A DNA stretch of 64,000 bases from Lepidodermella squamata (taxonomy: Eukaryota; Animalia; Gastrotricha). Location of the stretch: assembly GCA_047495785.1 (NCBI GenBank), contig JBLDXI010000024.1:4650001-4714000 (forward strand). The letters run 5' to 3'. The notes under the pieces were generated by a model. That model worked only from the letters and a program-made list of their open reading frames with translations. It searched no databases and was not told where the DNA came from. Positions 1 to 13,496 of this stretch are shown here, one piece after another (position 1 is the stretch's first letter; every line of letters starts with the position of its first letter). The position numbers and the translations under genes are program-made.

Positions 1-40
1 TTCCGCCTCCGTTATCGGTTATATCTATATCTATTATAGA

Positions 41-2661
41 TTATAGATTCTCACTTTGCCACGGACAGAGCCGTGCTTGTTCGATCTCCGAATGATCTAG
101 GCCTCTTTTGTAGAACTGCATGCATGCAATCTGGCCAGACCAAGCGCCTCGGACCTCAAAATAAGTCGATAGCCTTAAAGGGTCGACTGAACCGCAGTTC
201 ATTTGGGTGATCGCACGGTCGTAGTTGTCGATAAATATTCTTCCGATCCCGCTGCGACAGTCGACAGTCAACGCGAAAAAGAACCACCGATCATTAGGTA
301 CAGCAACTTCATAGCTAAAAACGCCAGGCCAAATCCACGACGTTGGTCTGGAATGGCCATAATCGGTTTTAACAAATCTGGTCCCCGGAACTATTTTGAT
401 GTAGTATGCGGCACTCGATGATTTGATGACATTTTTCATCAAGAACACATCTGCAGATGTCGAGTTCGGGTAATAAATCCACATAGCGTAGGTCCACCCG
501 TTATTTGTGTCTAAGGTTTGTATGTTGTTTGTTCGGATGAAAACAGACCGATCAGCGCCAGACCATTGAAGCGATCCTAAAGCTCGTCCATCGTAACCCG
601 GTCCATAGCTGAGTGATGAAGGAATGATCGCGTTGTTTCCATTCATAGTGAGATCGTCTCCTCCATGCAAGAAATCGAACAACCACAGACCATCAGGATT
701 CAACGATACGATTGGAGGAGCAATCGGGGTTGAGAGTTCAATCGATGTTACAGTCTGAGCTGATCCGAGGTCAATGACAGCATAAGGCCGAGAAGGGGTC
801 GGTGGCTTTCCTGAGATTCGCGTGCAATTCAGGAATGTTTGTTTCCGAATGGCGCGTGGTGCCGTCAGGGTAGATGCGGGCGCCAATGAGCTATCCAGCA
901 CTGACTGGCCTATAGACACACTGGCCTTGCTAGCTATGTTAGGCGCATATTGAGGGATGGCTGCTCGCAAAAAAGGAATGAGTAAAGCGTTAGAGGAGAA
1001 TGAGATGGCTTACTTCTGCAACCAAGAAGTTCTACCCGATAGCAAAGTAACCCCGAAGATGTTTTGGGGATGATTTTGAAAACGGTTCCGATCACCAGTT
1101 TCGGGAACAGTTTGATTACTGGAGAGTTAGGGTTTGAACTTCCCGAAAAATCCCTAGAACCAGATGCATCTGCCACATCTTTCCAATCATCGACAGATCT
1201 TGCTTTAAATTGAACATTGAACGTTGTCACCCAGCTATTAGTTTTCGGACAGCCTTGAACTTGAAAGCCGGTTACTATCGTTTGTCTGAGGAGATCAATT
1301 GTTAGCTCAGCCGGGTTTCTATCGGCAGCGAGGCCCCAGTTAAGTCTTGCATAGGTAGAGCGAGTCGACAGCTGGCTATCGTCAATTTCGCCACTCTCCA
1401 TGCCAAGAGGATCCATGCAATTAGCAGTGCAACCCTCAAATTGAAATTTCGATGTGGCATAATCCGTTGACGCAACGAGTGATGTCATTTTGACGTAACG
1501 AACTAGCAGCGGTGAGGGAAAAGGAACTTGCAGCATTCCTGAAGCGCGGCTGAAATTCTGAAGAATACAGCGCTTTTAAATTAATTGGCTTCGAGTGAAT
1601 AATCAACTTTATTAGGTTGGTGTATAGACCTATGCTCTAGTTGTGTATTGTCTCTGAGCAGTGGTCCGACTTGGCACAGCGGGTTAAATCGGAAACATTT
1701 TGAGTCTAAAATTTGTCAATCATCCTTGCGTTTTTTCACAAAATTCGGATTGTGTGTGAAAACGGGGTCATTTTTCCCCGCACTCGAAACACTGCCTCAA
1801 GAGTCAAGAGTCGCAAGACACCAACTTTGAGAATGGTTCTTATATCAAGGTTATTAATTTTGGCTTAGGACTAAAACTTACCCTTCGAACTCCTCGACCT
1901 GTATCTACACTTTGGTAATTGACATCATCCAGGCTGTAGTCGATACGAAAATCCTTGTAGCCGAAATGTTGTCCATTGGCACCTAACTGTTTAAAGGTGG
2001 TCAGCCAAACGATACGCTGCAAATCGATCTCAAACCAAGATCCAGCAGGTGCATTTTGGGCTAGACATGCATGGTAGCTATGAGTTGCCGAGATGCGCGC
2101 AAAAGCTGCAGGCTCAAGAGCGACGTTGAGACCTGCGTTAGCTGTAGCTGAGCTCGAACTGTAACCAGCGTCGTTGTTGTAGCTTGTGTCGTAGTCGAGA
2201 ATCTCAACCGGGCACAATGGCGTAGGGTCGGTAGCGTACCGCTTTTGGCAAGGATTTGTCGTCACTGCTAGGATGATCGCTTCATAGTACCAACTTCTAG
2301 ATTTGTCGAGGAACTGCTTCGATTTGCTATAGGAACTCGTCCCACTAATGGCAAACGTGTTGCAATCTGGATCCGGATCAATTTTCGCGACGTAAGATGA
2401 TTCTGGCGATGCTGTGAACAGGCTGCAAGACTTGGTCGATTTCTTGTAAAACCCACTCATGCACCGCGGGTCTCCAGTGCAGTAAGCAATGCAAATCGAT
2501 TCTTCGTTTGCTGAAGTAATGCCAGGTATTTGGTAGCTAGTAAGATTGATACTCCCTGATGCGGGCGATATTACGGAACCTGAATATCGCCGGAATACTG
2601 ACCCTGATTCAGCTATGCCGCCGAGGTTCAGCGCTAAGCAGACGTACAAAACCAGGTTCAT
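41..2661 (-). CDS. Secreted multi-domain protein: signal peptide, PAN/apple-like domain, two F5/8 type C (discoidin) domains, C-terminal LamG/concanavalin-like domain; spliced
   Basis: ATG at 2661 (MNLVLYVCLALNLGGIAES). PAN-like CIAYCTGDPRC...C.LF; discoidin motifs WFEIDL, CMDPLGMESGEIDDSQL, WVTTF, RVELLGC; LamG-like WTYAMWIY and WFFFALT. GT-AG introns 1558-1881 and 961-1013 join the three ORFs in frame; a further intron near 2270-2345 is possible. Confidence 0.8.
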
Positions 2662-3610
2662 TGCGTTTAGCAAATTTGCTACTGTTTCTTTATCCTGGCA
2701 ACCCGACGTTAAAATCGAAGTCGCACCTTGCTTCATTAGCGATGCAGCTTCTCGAAAGTTGCATTGTTTTGTACGCCGTGTCAGCAAACATGAACTTTGA
2801 ATGCAATGTCCATAGAATAGACGAACGTTAGCAGTTGTAGGCAGATAATTTTCTGCCTTATTGAGTTTGCGATATTATCTATTCATAAGGCTTTGCTTGG
2901 CTGGCGCATTACTTCCAGAGATTAAATAATGCTTGCGTTTAGTTAAATAGACAAACAAGCATACTAGCCACGGCATTTTACAAAGACTGAACGCCGATCG
3001 AACCGAGTTACTATATTCATCTCCAATAGAAATCAATAAGTTACAATACCTTTCGATCGATCGTTAATGGCGAACGAAGGAACATTACCATATAGGGTGA
3101 CGAATCACCATTTTCATCGACTTTCTAACTATTCACTAACTTATCATGGATCTCGCTGCAACCTTTACAGTCATTTTTTATGCCCATGGCGCCGCTTTGA
3201 TGAGGCTCATTGTGCGGCATTTCATTATATCGCGGGTTTAGCGCCAGAACGACTTGACTAAAATAGAAACAAATGGCGTAATGCACAGAAAAAACTGACA
3301 CTCAGTTTTTCCGGCACGCGACTGACTTACCCAACGCAAGCATAATTTTTCGGATAGATGACAGAAGCACCTAGAAAAGCCCGCGTATAAAGTCTTTTAG
3401 GTGTGTTGAATCTCCCACGTCCCGTTTTGTGTTTTTGTGAGTTCGCAGTGATGCGCTGCATTACTAAGCGGGGTTAGCTTTGTTCAGGAAAAACTGAGCT
3501 TTTGCGAAAAAGCGTTGAATTACCATATATGCTAATGTAATTCAAACAATTTAGGTGACGACTAACATGAAAGCCATCGTAACCACATGGTAACCACTAT
3601 GCAATTAAAC

Positions 3611-4593
3611 ATGAAGCTAGGTTTTCTCCTGATTCTCCCCGCGCTGTTTATCGAAACCGAAACTACAAATCAAAGTAACTATTTTTAAATTCCCCCGTTT
3701 CCAACCATATATTGTGACAATTGTAAATTGCCTTTACAGATGACCCTTCCCCGCTAGCTGCTTATCGAAAATACGAAGGTAAGTATTGCGGCGGTGGCGA
3801 TGGTTTCGGCATGGGCGATGATTCTGCTGACTCCGAAGAGTATTGCGCCAAGCTATGCAACGCCCTGCCCACATGTGCTGGCTTCTCCCTCAGCATGTAC
3901 GGCGTGTGCCTTTTATCTGCTGCAAACTGCGTTATCGGGAACAGTGCCGTTAACGGAGTTTACTACGAAAAATCCGCTGGAGCGACTGACCAAAAGGACT
4001 ATAGCGTTGATGCAGCGAAGAGATATGAGCTTAAGGAAGGGACGAATTGCATCGTGGATGGTGTTGATGAAATGCAGCCTGTATTGAATTTAGGCGGGCG
4101 AAAAGTTGAACAATTCGCTCAGCAGTGTGATGAAATTCCGCACTGCACGGGTTTCGCCATTAACCAGTACACCTCAATTGGTCAAATGTCCACGATAAAC
4201 TGCCGAGAGACGACTGCCTCGACTAATTACTACGCCCAGAAGAAACGAAGCATTTTGGAGCCGGTTGGGGACGGCTTGATAACTGCAAGCGAGTTCGTAG
4301 GGTTTGAGAAATACCCTGGCCAATTTTGTTCTGGTGATGAATCTGTTGCGGCTGGATTCGTCAGAGTTGATGACAAGGCGGAAGAATGTGCGAAAAAATG
4401 TGAAGCTTCACCATCGTGTGACGGATTCATGTACAAGTATAGCTACTGCTACATGTTGAAGAAGACATGTACGATTGGAAAAAGTCGATGGGCTCAGGAC
4501 TACTATCGAAAACTGCCAGTTGCCCATCAATCGGCTTTTCTGACTCTGATGACTGCAATTGGGGCATACTTCAAGTCTATTTTCTACAAGTAG
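3611..4593 (+). CDS. Secreted or GPI-type protein with three PAN/apple-like Cys repeats; join(3611..3674,3740..4593)
   Basis: Signal exon MKLGFLLILPALFIE with a phase-1 intron 3675-3739. Repeats of CAKxC...C.GF...C; hydrophobic C-terminus SAFLTLMTAIGAYF. Confidence 0.75.
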
Positions 4594-4976
4594 CAGCGCA
4601 ACCCCAACCATGTTGTGATATGCCTTTGGCCCAACCTCAAACTTGGTATCTAATTCCACATGTTAACGTGGGCTCAGCTTCCCATTCACACTCCTCGACT
4701 TCGGTCAGCATGAGAGTATTGAATACTTGAAATTCGTAAATAGTAAATAGTAAATCCCGAGCGATGGTTGAAAAAACAATGGATGTTTGGCGAAACTATG
4801 TTATAAAACGTTTAGGGATTCCCATCAATTTCAGCTGTTAGAAGTGCTGCTTGAATTGTAATATGAGAGGGTTAAATATTACCTCGCGCCTAGTTTAAAG
4901 CAAAAACTGGTGTGAGTTTACTCATCCCATTCTTCACCAATCGACTTTTATTTCCGGTATCAATGAGTACTAATTT

Positions 4977-7189
4977 TCACGGTTTTCTGACATTCAAGAC
5001 AATGCTGTTACGTCCGGACGCGAAAGAGAATGAAACAGCGCGAGATCCGCGTCTGGGCGTCGATAACTCGCAATCGCCACATCGCAAACTCTCAGCCAGC
5101 CTCGGCCGTCTCACCTCCAAACTTACGTAGTCCCCCCTGGCCAAGATTATAACCATCCAAACTGAAAACGCACATCCAACTGCGGTGAAAAGGCTCAACA
5201 GAGTCAACTGGTCTTTGACTGAATAAAAAATGGCCTTGCAATCGTTGTGGCCGTAGTAGTAATGCAGTTGCGGCATAGCACCGACGTTAGAACCGCCGGC
5301 CGACAAAGGACTGGGTGCTAATTCCTGGCAGACGCATAGAATTTCGCCAGGTACGCGAGTTGTAAATTCGAATAGAGCAGGGTTAGGAGTTGTTGGGGGC
5401 AATACTTGTGGCGTTGGCCTAACTTTAGGCTGGTTCTTAGATGTTGTAGTTGCGTGCTTTGTGACAGTTGCGCCTGTCGTAGTTTCCAAAGGCATTACTG
5501 TTGTCGCTTCGTTCAAACCTAAAGATGGAAATTCAAACAAATAACATGAAAGCAGTATTACAGTTAAAATTGAACATTTTATATTAGTACTGGGTTTCAA
5601 TTTTTGTACCTGACTTTTGCTTCACATTATTCTTTGTTGCGAATTTGTTCGGTTTTTTCAGGGTAGTTGGCTGAGGCGTTGTCGTGGTTGAAGATGTAGT
5701 TGTGCTGTAGAACAACGGGCCCATCAGGCTGTTTCGAGCAACGCCTTGTGAGATTGGTTTGCTCGTACCAACAGGTTCGTTATTGACCAAGATGAGTGTC
5801 GATGTAAGCGATGAAGAGGCAATGCAATGGCTGTAAGAACGAATGCGAGAAACGTGTGTGCCAGTCATCACACAAGCCGCTACGCAAGCAATAGCCGCGA
5901 GCAGGGACAAGGCAAAAGAAGCAACCTGAAAAAATAGTCTAAATTTTACACATATCTTACCATAAAATCTCTATTTTCGTGCTAATATCAAGGTCTCAGC
6001 TCGAATTCCTTCCCCTGAGCATCCTTCATCCTGTATCAGGTTTCGCTATCCCTAGTCCAAATCATGGCTGTTTGGATAATTTCTTACCAATATAGCATAA
6101 GAAAGTGAAAAGGCCGGCCTGATTGGCGTCCTGTGACTAGTCAGATAGAAGCCGAAACAACCGGACAGAAAAAGCTGATAAAAAGTCAAACAAATTCTGG
6201 ATTGATCGCTTTTCCATGGAAACTTACTGGAATTCCAGCCCAAATCGGTGCCGACATGAAGTCTATAAGAACGCTGGACCCGCAAAGTAGAAGCAGCGAT
6301 ATACTGTTGACAGCTATACCAAGAGCTGCCTGAACGCAGACTACTACCACTGAAAGCAAAAAATCCTTATTACCAAACAATGAATGAATGTTAGGAATTT
6401 AACCTATTACTCGGCAACAAGCCTCTTCCAAGAGCCTACGGTCCTCACTTGAAGGTAAAAGGTGCGTGTTAATCGTGCGAGTTACAATGCTGTTGGATCG
6501 GCCGGCAACTCGCATACAAGCCTGGCCTTCTTCTGTACAGCAAGCCACGCAATCGTCACTCGGGCAGTCTTTGATGCGGCGATCACCACATCCGTCAGTC
6601 TCTTCCAAGCAGCAGTTGGGGTCGATGCATGAACGATTTAGTCGCTTCAGTGATTCGTTGAAATCAACAGAGTATCGGTGTGAAGTACAATCATTCTAAT
6701 CGAGAGAGAAAACGCACTTATTGATTTTATCAGGAAACGGAAATGAAGAGGAATATGAGATAGGAACAAAAGTTGAATACCATGATTTGCCTGATGCCTA
6801 ATTTGAAATGCGTATAGGCATCAAACTGAAAGACTGAGTCTCAGCAGATGAACAATTCGCAACCATTTTTTGAAACAAATAAGCGTGTTTAAGTCTATTA
6901 CCTTCGCCTCGCTTATGAAATTGTAGCTACCGGACTGCTCAGACGATTTTTCCTCACTAGCTTCGTTGCCATCGAAGTTTTTCAGCGATTTGCAGCTTGA
7001 TATACTTGACCTCGCTGACGAAGCCTTGATTAAATCTTCGTTTTCACTGGCCGTGAATATAGTCGTTTCCACCAATTGCTCGAGCCAAATCGGTTCATTT
7101 GCTGTTGATTTTTGCCCTGGAACTGTTTCGCCACCGGTCTCAGCGTTACAGCAATTGTCCGATAGATTGGTTTCAATGGGGTCAGCCAT
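4977..7189 (-). CDS. Multi-exon CD20-like tetraspan (sarcospan/FAM189-like) with a Thr-rich mucin-like extracellular loop
   Basis: Hydrophobic segments VVVVCVQAALGIAV, APIWAG, SLLAAIACVAACV and LSLFTAVGCAFSVWMVIIL; Cys-containing loop LCVC...YYY..DC. Intron 5519-5609 joins two ORFs in frame. The 5' exons (about 6902-7189 and 6411-6696) are inferred from splice sites. Confidence 0.55.
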
Positions 7190-8168
7190 TAAAATCACGA
7201 AAGCTTCATCACGAAAAGAAGTTTCGCCGGCGATAGAATGATTAGAGGATGAGATTAAATCTTAATATTGATCCTATAAACGCATGAAAAATTAGGGATC
7301 AATTCTTCAAGAATTGCATTGCCCCAAGGTAAACAGTAATCTCCAATCCAGGTATTGAAATTCACAGCCTAGAGCGTGAATTGCCCAGTTTTATTGACGT
7401 AATAATGCCGCAAAATGTCAAGGTTATAATACCATGCAAAAAATAGGTAGCCCTCAGTGCATAAGAATATATATGACGCGGAGCCTTGCAAATATTCCGA
7501 ACCAATATCAAGATGCCGTCACGAGAGGTCTCACGTGTACGCGAAGTGGCCAATTAAAAGTGTGATTCTGCTGCTGTATATTTGCGAGTTGTTATTAATA
7601 AACACTTCCGCAGCGGCGGTGAGTTGGCGGCGTAGTCAAACAAAAGACTTATCTTACATATCAGTCAAAATATTTATCAATCGAAGATACAGATACTGAC
7701 TGGAAATAAAGGAAATATTGCCCAAATGTCAACAGGTTCGATTGCACCGAAGGCTTGTGACAAAGACGGAAATATCGATAATTCGATTAATCCTAACAAA
7801 TTAGAACGTTTCGTCTGAAGAATTGGTCAAGCCTGGCCTTTTCTCGAACAGAACGTATTCATGCTTTTTTGAGACCACTTTTATTAATAAGAATAAAATT
7901 GAACCAGGTGTGACTTAATATTCTTCAAATCAGAGAATTCGATCAGTGAGGCCTAATCATAATCTGTTTTCTCGGGGATTTTCTTGCTTCCTATTGTTTA
8001 GTGGCCATAAAAGAACATTCGGATGGTTCATTATGCTTGAAACACAGACATGATATGCGATATTTGCTTTTCATCAACTACTTTTCGCAGCCCTAGACCC
8101 TTCGCAGCTCCCGAAAGGAAACGAAGCTTCTTTATTCTGTCCTTTTAACACAGTTCGGAAAATTTGCT

Positions 8169-9302
8169 ATGTTTCCGTCAATCTATATCTTCATCTTCGT
8201 AACCTTTCGAATGGTTCGTGGTGAAAGGGAAAACTACTTCGAAGCCGTAGATGATTTGCTGCGCAACTGTCACATACATGCCAGGGCTAATTCCCCGAGT
8301 GAAGAAGCTGAGGTCCCGACAAACATATCTCTCACTGTAGAAATGGATCGTTTCTTAGGCATACACGACGTTGATGAAACTTTGACATTCAACGGCGCGA
8401 TTCAACTTGTATGGCACGTGGATTGTGTCTCTGATTTTGTGAGAAACGTCTCAAATAAGTGGCCGAATTATTATTTTTGGGAGATCTACGAGGTGCCAAC
8501 TGAAAACATTTGGTTCCCACCGTTAACTCTCCGAAACTCTTACGAACAAACTGCTCTAGACGCTTCGGAAGATACGTTCAAAAGCCTTGTAATATGGCCT
8601 AACGACGGTGACTTTTTGGGCAGTTACAACGGAAAATTCATCGTATCTTGCGATTTAGAGCTTTTCAAATTCCCGTTCGACATCCAAATCTGCCCAATTG
8701 TCATAGCAGGCCGAGTCCCAGATCGCCACGTCGCGATTGATAGGGTCGTTTTCATCAAGTATGACAACCAAATGCCGGCTAATTCGAACTGGGAAATCAT
8801 CGGAAATTCGACATCTATGGGCGGGACCTGGTTGCACCCTACGACACGCATCCCTGAGGCGGCGGTTTATCTAACGCTGAAACGAAAGCCGCAATTCATC
8901 ATTCTGAGCTTGCTCGCGCCCATTATCATTTTGAACATCTTGGTGTTCGCGTCGTTCGCGATTCCGGCTACGGCGCCAGATAGACCAGCCTTCGCTTGCG
9001 CAGTAATGCTGTCAATCATGTTTATGCAGAGCCAGTTTGCAACCTCAGTTCCAGATACCCCCAGACCAATAGTTGCCTGGTTCTACTTGATTGGAGTTGT
9101 TGTATTCGCAGCGTCTGTTGCTATGTATTCAGCTTTGATGTGCGGATTCACTTCGCTTAGGGCTCGTGCAGCAGAGCGTGACGTGAAGATTTTCAAGTTC
9201 AAGTGTCGTTTTTTCGTTTTTGTGGATATCTTATCGTTTTCGGTTCATCTAATGCTTAACGCATTGTTTTATTCAATTGTGTTCACGCTGATGCTTAGTT
9301 GA
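8169..9302 (+). CDS. Intronless divergent Cys-loop ligand-gated ion channel subunit with signal peptide (outlier relative of the downstream array)
   Basis: IWFP motif, Cys-loop CDLELFKFPFDIQIC, pre-M1 LKRKP, four TM helices, M2 starting PDR. Shares the CH....NSPSE motif with the array genes. Confidence 0.9.
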   Translation: MFPSIYIFIFVTFRMVRGERENYFEAVDDLLRNCHIHARANSPSEEAEVPTNISLTVEMDRFLGIHDVDETLTFNGAIQLVWHVDCVSDFVRNVSNKWPNYYFWEIYEVPTENIWFPPLTLRNSYEQTALDASEDTFKSLVIWPNDGDFLGSYNGKFIVSCDLELFKFPFDIQICPIVIAGRVPDRHVAIDRVVFIKYDNQMPANSNWEIIGNSTSMGGTWLHPTTRIPEAAVYLTLKRKPQFIILSLLAPIIILNILVFASFAIPATAPDRPAFACAVMLSIMFMQSQFATSVPDTPRPIVAWFYLIGVVVFAASVAMYSALMCGFTSLRARAAERDVKIFKFKCRFFVFVDILSFSVHLMLNALFYSIVFTLMLS

Positions 9303-9385
9303 AATGTCAATAAAGATTCATTTTCTCCAACTTCAATCTTTGTTTCAAGTCAAGCTATTAAGTTATCGGGTGTTTTATTATTCTA

Positions 9386-10440
9386 CTATTTACCGCCTTT
9401 TCTCGATTTCAACGAAAGCTTCCGCATAAAACCTGTCAGCCCTTTTGGTTTCTTTTCAGCTGCATTATGCGTATCCTCTTCTTCAGTTTCTCCAGCCAGC
9501 TCTATGCTGAAAGGGTTCTCATCAACAACTTGCTCGCGGTAGTCGTCATAAGCCGACGAAATCGACGAGCTTTCGTAGAAGTCATTCTGAAACGCATACG
9601 GGGTGCTTGTGCTCGGCCGGTCAACACTCAACTGTTTCGCGCGTTGTTTTTCTTTGGGATTTGAGCGCACTCTCCGGGCCACCCCTTGCGCCACGTTTGT
9701 AAGTGACGATTTGGCTTTGAGCCAAAACCTTCCCTTTTCAGTTAAATACCGCTCCTGATCTTCCTTCGTTTCCAGTAGTTTCATTTTCCCAGTACTGTCA
9801 GATCTCACATACGCACCTCCATTCTTCTCAAGCAGGATTAGCGGAATCTTCCGATCAGCGTCACGTGGCATGAATGCGATAACAACAACCCAATGCCTTA
9901 AGAACATCGATCGAGATTGTGGATGATCAACGACGTTAACGTATCTGACCTGTGTGATAAACACCAACATCTAAATAAAAGCAATAAATGCCAGGAAATT
10001 ACATCAAAATGTATCCCTATTTCCACTCCAGGGTAGAAGTCTCTCATCGCACTGATGATCAGTTCTTCACAATTTAGCAATGAGTTGATGTCATTTGACA
10101 GGTAAATGCCATCTGCGGTGCCGTCAGCTCCGCATCCGAAAACTAGAGCTCCGCCTTGCCTCGAGTTCAGAAAGCCGTTTCCAAACGTTGTAGTCATTGA
10201 TTGCAATTCCGTGTACGGTTGGGTTACTGAAAATAGAATAAAAGTCCTTAACAATGAAAGTTTGCCGAGGTAATTTTTCTTACGATTCTGGAGAACGGCA
10301 TACTCGATGTTGCGCAGTTTGTCAAAGCGCTTCGGCAGCAATTTTTCTCCATGCCGAACAGTTTCGGCCGGTAAAGCTGCTAGAATTTCATCAGCTGGCC
10401 CACGAGCCGTTTGGATTTCGTTTGAACTTGATGCCTTCAT
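9386..10440 (-). CDS. AlbA_2 / Schlafen-like domain protein, spliced
   Basis: Motif GFLNSRQGGALVFGCGADGTADG resembles the AlbA_2 signature AFLN..GG.L.FGV.DDG. Two overlapping ORFs are probably joined by short introns. Confidence 0.6.
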
Positions 10441-12305
10441 TTGAGTTTATTGAGCAATTTCAGACTTTGATGAACCTCCCAGCAAAGATTGCGAAAACTT
10501 TTTTTTAGGGTGGATCTCTTAATTTTCAAAATTGAATTTCCCCATATTGAGTCATTTTCTTCTCCAAGTCCCTCGCATCTACTATGTTACAAGTTCTGAA
10601 CCGACGAATGTACACTTTTTGACACTCGATAGTGGCCTTGGCTGCTCCAGAATCAAAATTATGCGTGTGGATTACGAATCACCTCTTCGATCTTTTGAAG
10701 GAATTGTAGCAAAATTTACAACAATTTTTATGCAATGACCACGAAAAGTGACACCTAGCATGAATATCCTCATTGATTTTCTTGAGTTTTACTTGAAAAC
10801 CGCGATCCGAAGACCAAAATGTTTCGGAGAGAGCTGAGGGCTGCAATAGCGGATAATCCCGCTAAACAATGGCTCTGCAAACTAGCCCCTAATAATAAAC
10901 CTCGATTCGTCATTGTATTTTCGTTTGGCGTCAATGTAACGATGTCCAGAGTCTAAAACCAGGTCTTAACGGTCGAAACGAATCGAGTCTGCTACAATTA
11001 GCCGGTACACGAGTACCGATCGCGGGTCCGAAACACACCTGCATTGACGTTAAACGTTGCGTAGCTTCGAAAGTGAGCCCGTGCGCAACATGACAGGGCG
11101 CCCTTTGTATTTGGTCGGTTCCGCAACGGGGCACGCGCGCACCGGGCCCGCGCTGTCCCGCGGCCGGGTGCTCGCACTTATTCGTTCAACATGTTATTGC
11201 GCCCACGTATTTAATCGGCCTAAGAACCCTCTTGAGCTAGGGCTAATAGCGGCCATCGAAACCTGGCGAACAAAAGACCCTCTTTTGTAATGCGATACGG
11301 TGAAAAACACGCGATTAGAATTAGGCTGTTTTGTCAATAAGTCAACAGCGGTATGAAGTAGGCGTGTAGGGTGTTTTTGTGGACAAAACAAGGCGCCGCG
11401 GACGACTGGCATCGGCGCCATTGGCATGGAGCGGCGCGAAGGGCGGTGCTCGAGCGGCGGTGGCGCGTGGCCGCTACAGTGTCGCGCTGTTTTTGCATGC
11501 CTCTGCGGCGAAAACAAAAACACGGCGAACATGCGGACTGTGGCGCAAACAGGCGAGCGATGGGGCGCACGGCCCGGCGAGCGACGCGCACGCGCTACTC
11601 GAGCCGGCGTCGGCGGAAGCGCATCACTTGACGCGCCGTGTTTACACAGCGTTAGGACGAGTAATGACGGCGCTGATTACGGTTTTTGATAACAAAGCCC
11701 AGCCGGGCCAGTCCCGAAACAGCCGCCCGTATTTGCGGGTCGCGGCCGGCGGCTACTTGGCGCGCAAGCAGTAGACCCCGTCGCCCTCGCAAACACGCGC
11801 GGCGCTGCTACTACGGCGACTGGGCGTCACGGTAAAACTCCGAACATGTGTCCTAGCCTACAGCCGTCGGTGTATTATACCGCGCATCTGCTGACGAGCA
11901 CGAGAGGCCCGCTGCGCACAAAAAGCGCGCGCGCGTCAAAACAAGTTTGCGAGCGCGCCACTCGGCGCCATTGTGCGCGCCCCGCGTTATTAGCCGACCA
12001 TCAAGCCCTCAGCGCACGGCGTAATTACGGCGACCACATATCTATTCTACGCGCCCAGCCTTAGCCTATTACTACACCGCCCATCATCAGCATACGAATA
12101 GCTAGAAAAAAACCGCGCGGTTCACTTTTTCTGCGCCATTATTAGAAACAACCGCCTACGTACGGTACACCTGATTATCATCCGCCATCGCTTGTTCTCA
12201 GAAGTCATTTGTCTAAAACGCACAGTCGCTGAGCAGAAGCACTTTTTCCAGCCCAGTTAGTCGCCACTTTTTTCAACAAAAAAAACGACGACTTATCGAA
12301 ACGCC

Positions 12306-12891
12306 ATGCGCCAGCAAACCAAGTTACTGCTAGCCGTCGCTCTCGTCGGCGCCATCTTGGCTCCATCAGGTACCGCTTCGACACCCTGCTAACTAAATTT
12401 CAATATAGATTTATGTTTACCAACCAAAAAACAGCCCTCGCTATCTCGTGCCAGGACGACACGATGGGCGGCCGGGCGGCGACCAACTGCGTCGGTTGCA
12501 TCACCTACATCCTCCAGGCCGGCATGTGAGTAACGCGTCGATTTTTGTGTCACGCTCCACCGCACACACGCTTTGCTTTCGTTTTTCTTCTTCTTCTTCT
12601 AGGTATTACCGCGCCTGCTCGCCTAGCGTGCCTTGCACGGATCAGAACACGTTCAACTACCTGGCGAACCGTTGCGCCCAGCAGTACCAACAGTGCCAGA
12701 TCCAGTGCTGCACCACGGATATGTGCAACTCGGCGAACGGTGGCGTGCGGCCGCCGGTGCCCACGGGAACCGGAACCGGAGCGGGCCAGGGAACCGTCGT
12801 CATCGTCTCGGGCGCGTCCTCGGTCTCCAACTTCGGCATCTTCACCGCCGTTCTCGCCGTTGCGCTCGCCCTCGCCGGCCGTCGTTATTAA
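12306..12891 (+). CDS. Ly6/uPAR three-finger GPI-anchored protein A; join(12306..12369,12435..12525,12603..12891)
   Basis: Signal exon with phase-1 intron, 10 Cys ending CCTTDMCN, hydrophobic GPI-type tail; all introns GT-AG and in frame. Confidence 0.88.
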
Positions 12892-13496
12892 TCGCCGCCG
12901 CCTTATTATAGGGTGTCTTAGTGTCAAACTTGACCCGCCTCGCCGTCTCGGTTCTCTCTCTAAAAAGCAACGCCGAATCTACTAAAAAGTAGCCTAATTT
13001 TTTTGCTGCTCTCCACGACTTCTTCTCTCTGCCCTGCAGTTGTCATTACAATTATCTTAACATGTATATCACGACGCTCGTCGCTCTACTTCATATATTC
13101 ATATATGTGTAATTTATTTTCTACGCTAGTTTCGCGAAATTTATTCCCGCAAACGATAACAAAATTGTGCTCACAAATTGCGCGACGAGGTCCAGCCGGC
13201 TAATCTTCTTTCCTTGATGTTACAACCCTCGACTTTCTACGCTGATGTAATACTACTGCTGCTGTTGTTGATTGATTTTTCTTGGTTTTTACTATTTCAG
13301 AGATTAATTTATTGTTCGAACGATAGTTTTATTTCTCTCAAACTTTATTTATATTCAAGTGTTGTTAAATGGTTATAATAATATTATAGAAATTAATTAA
13401 TTAATTATTAATTAAAACAAAGAATCAAAAATTGTCAAAAAATAAAGCGATTTCGCCGTAAAACATACTTTTTTTCTACTACAACTATTAGGTATA

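Noticed and set aside
11057-12064. Several overlapping Arg/Ala-rich ORFs
   Set aside because: Expected by-product of GC-rich sequence; no motifs, and ORFs occur in multiple frames on both strands.
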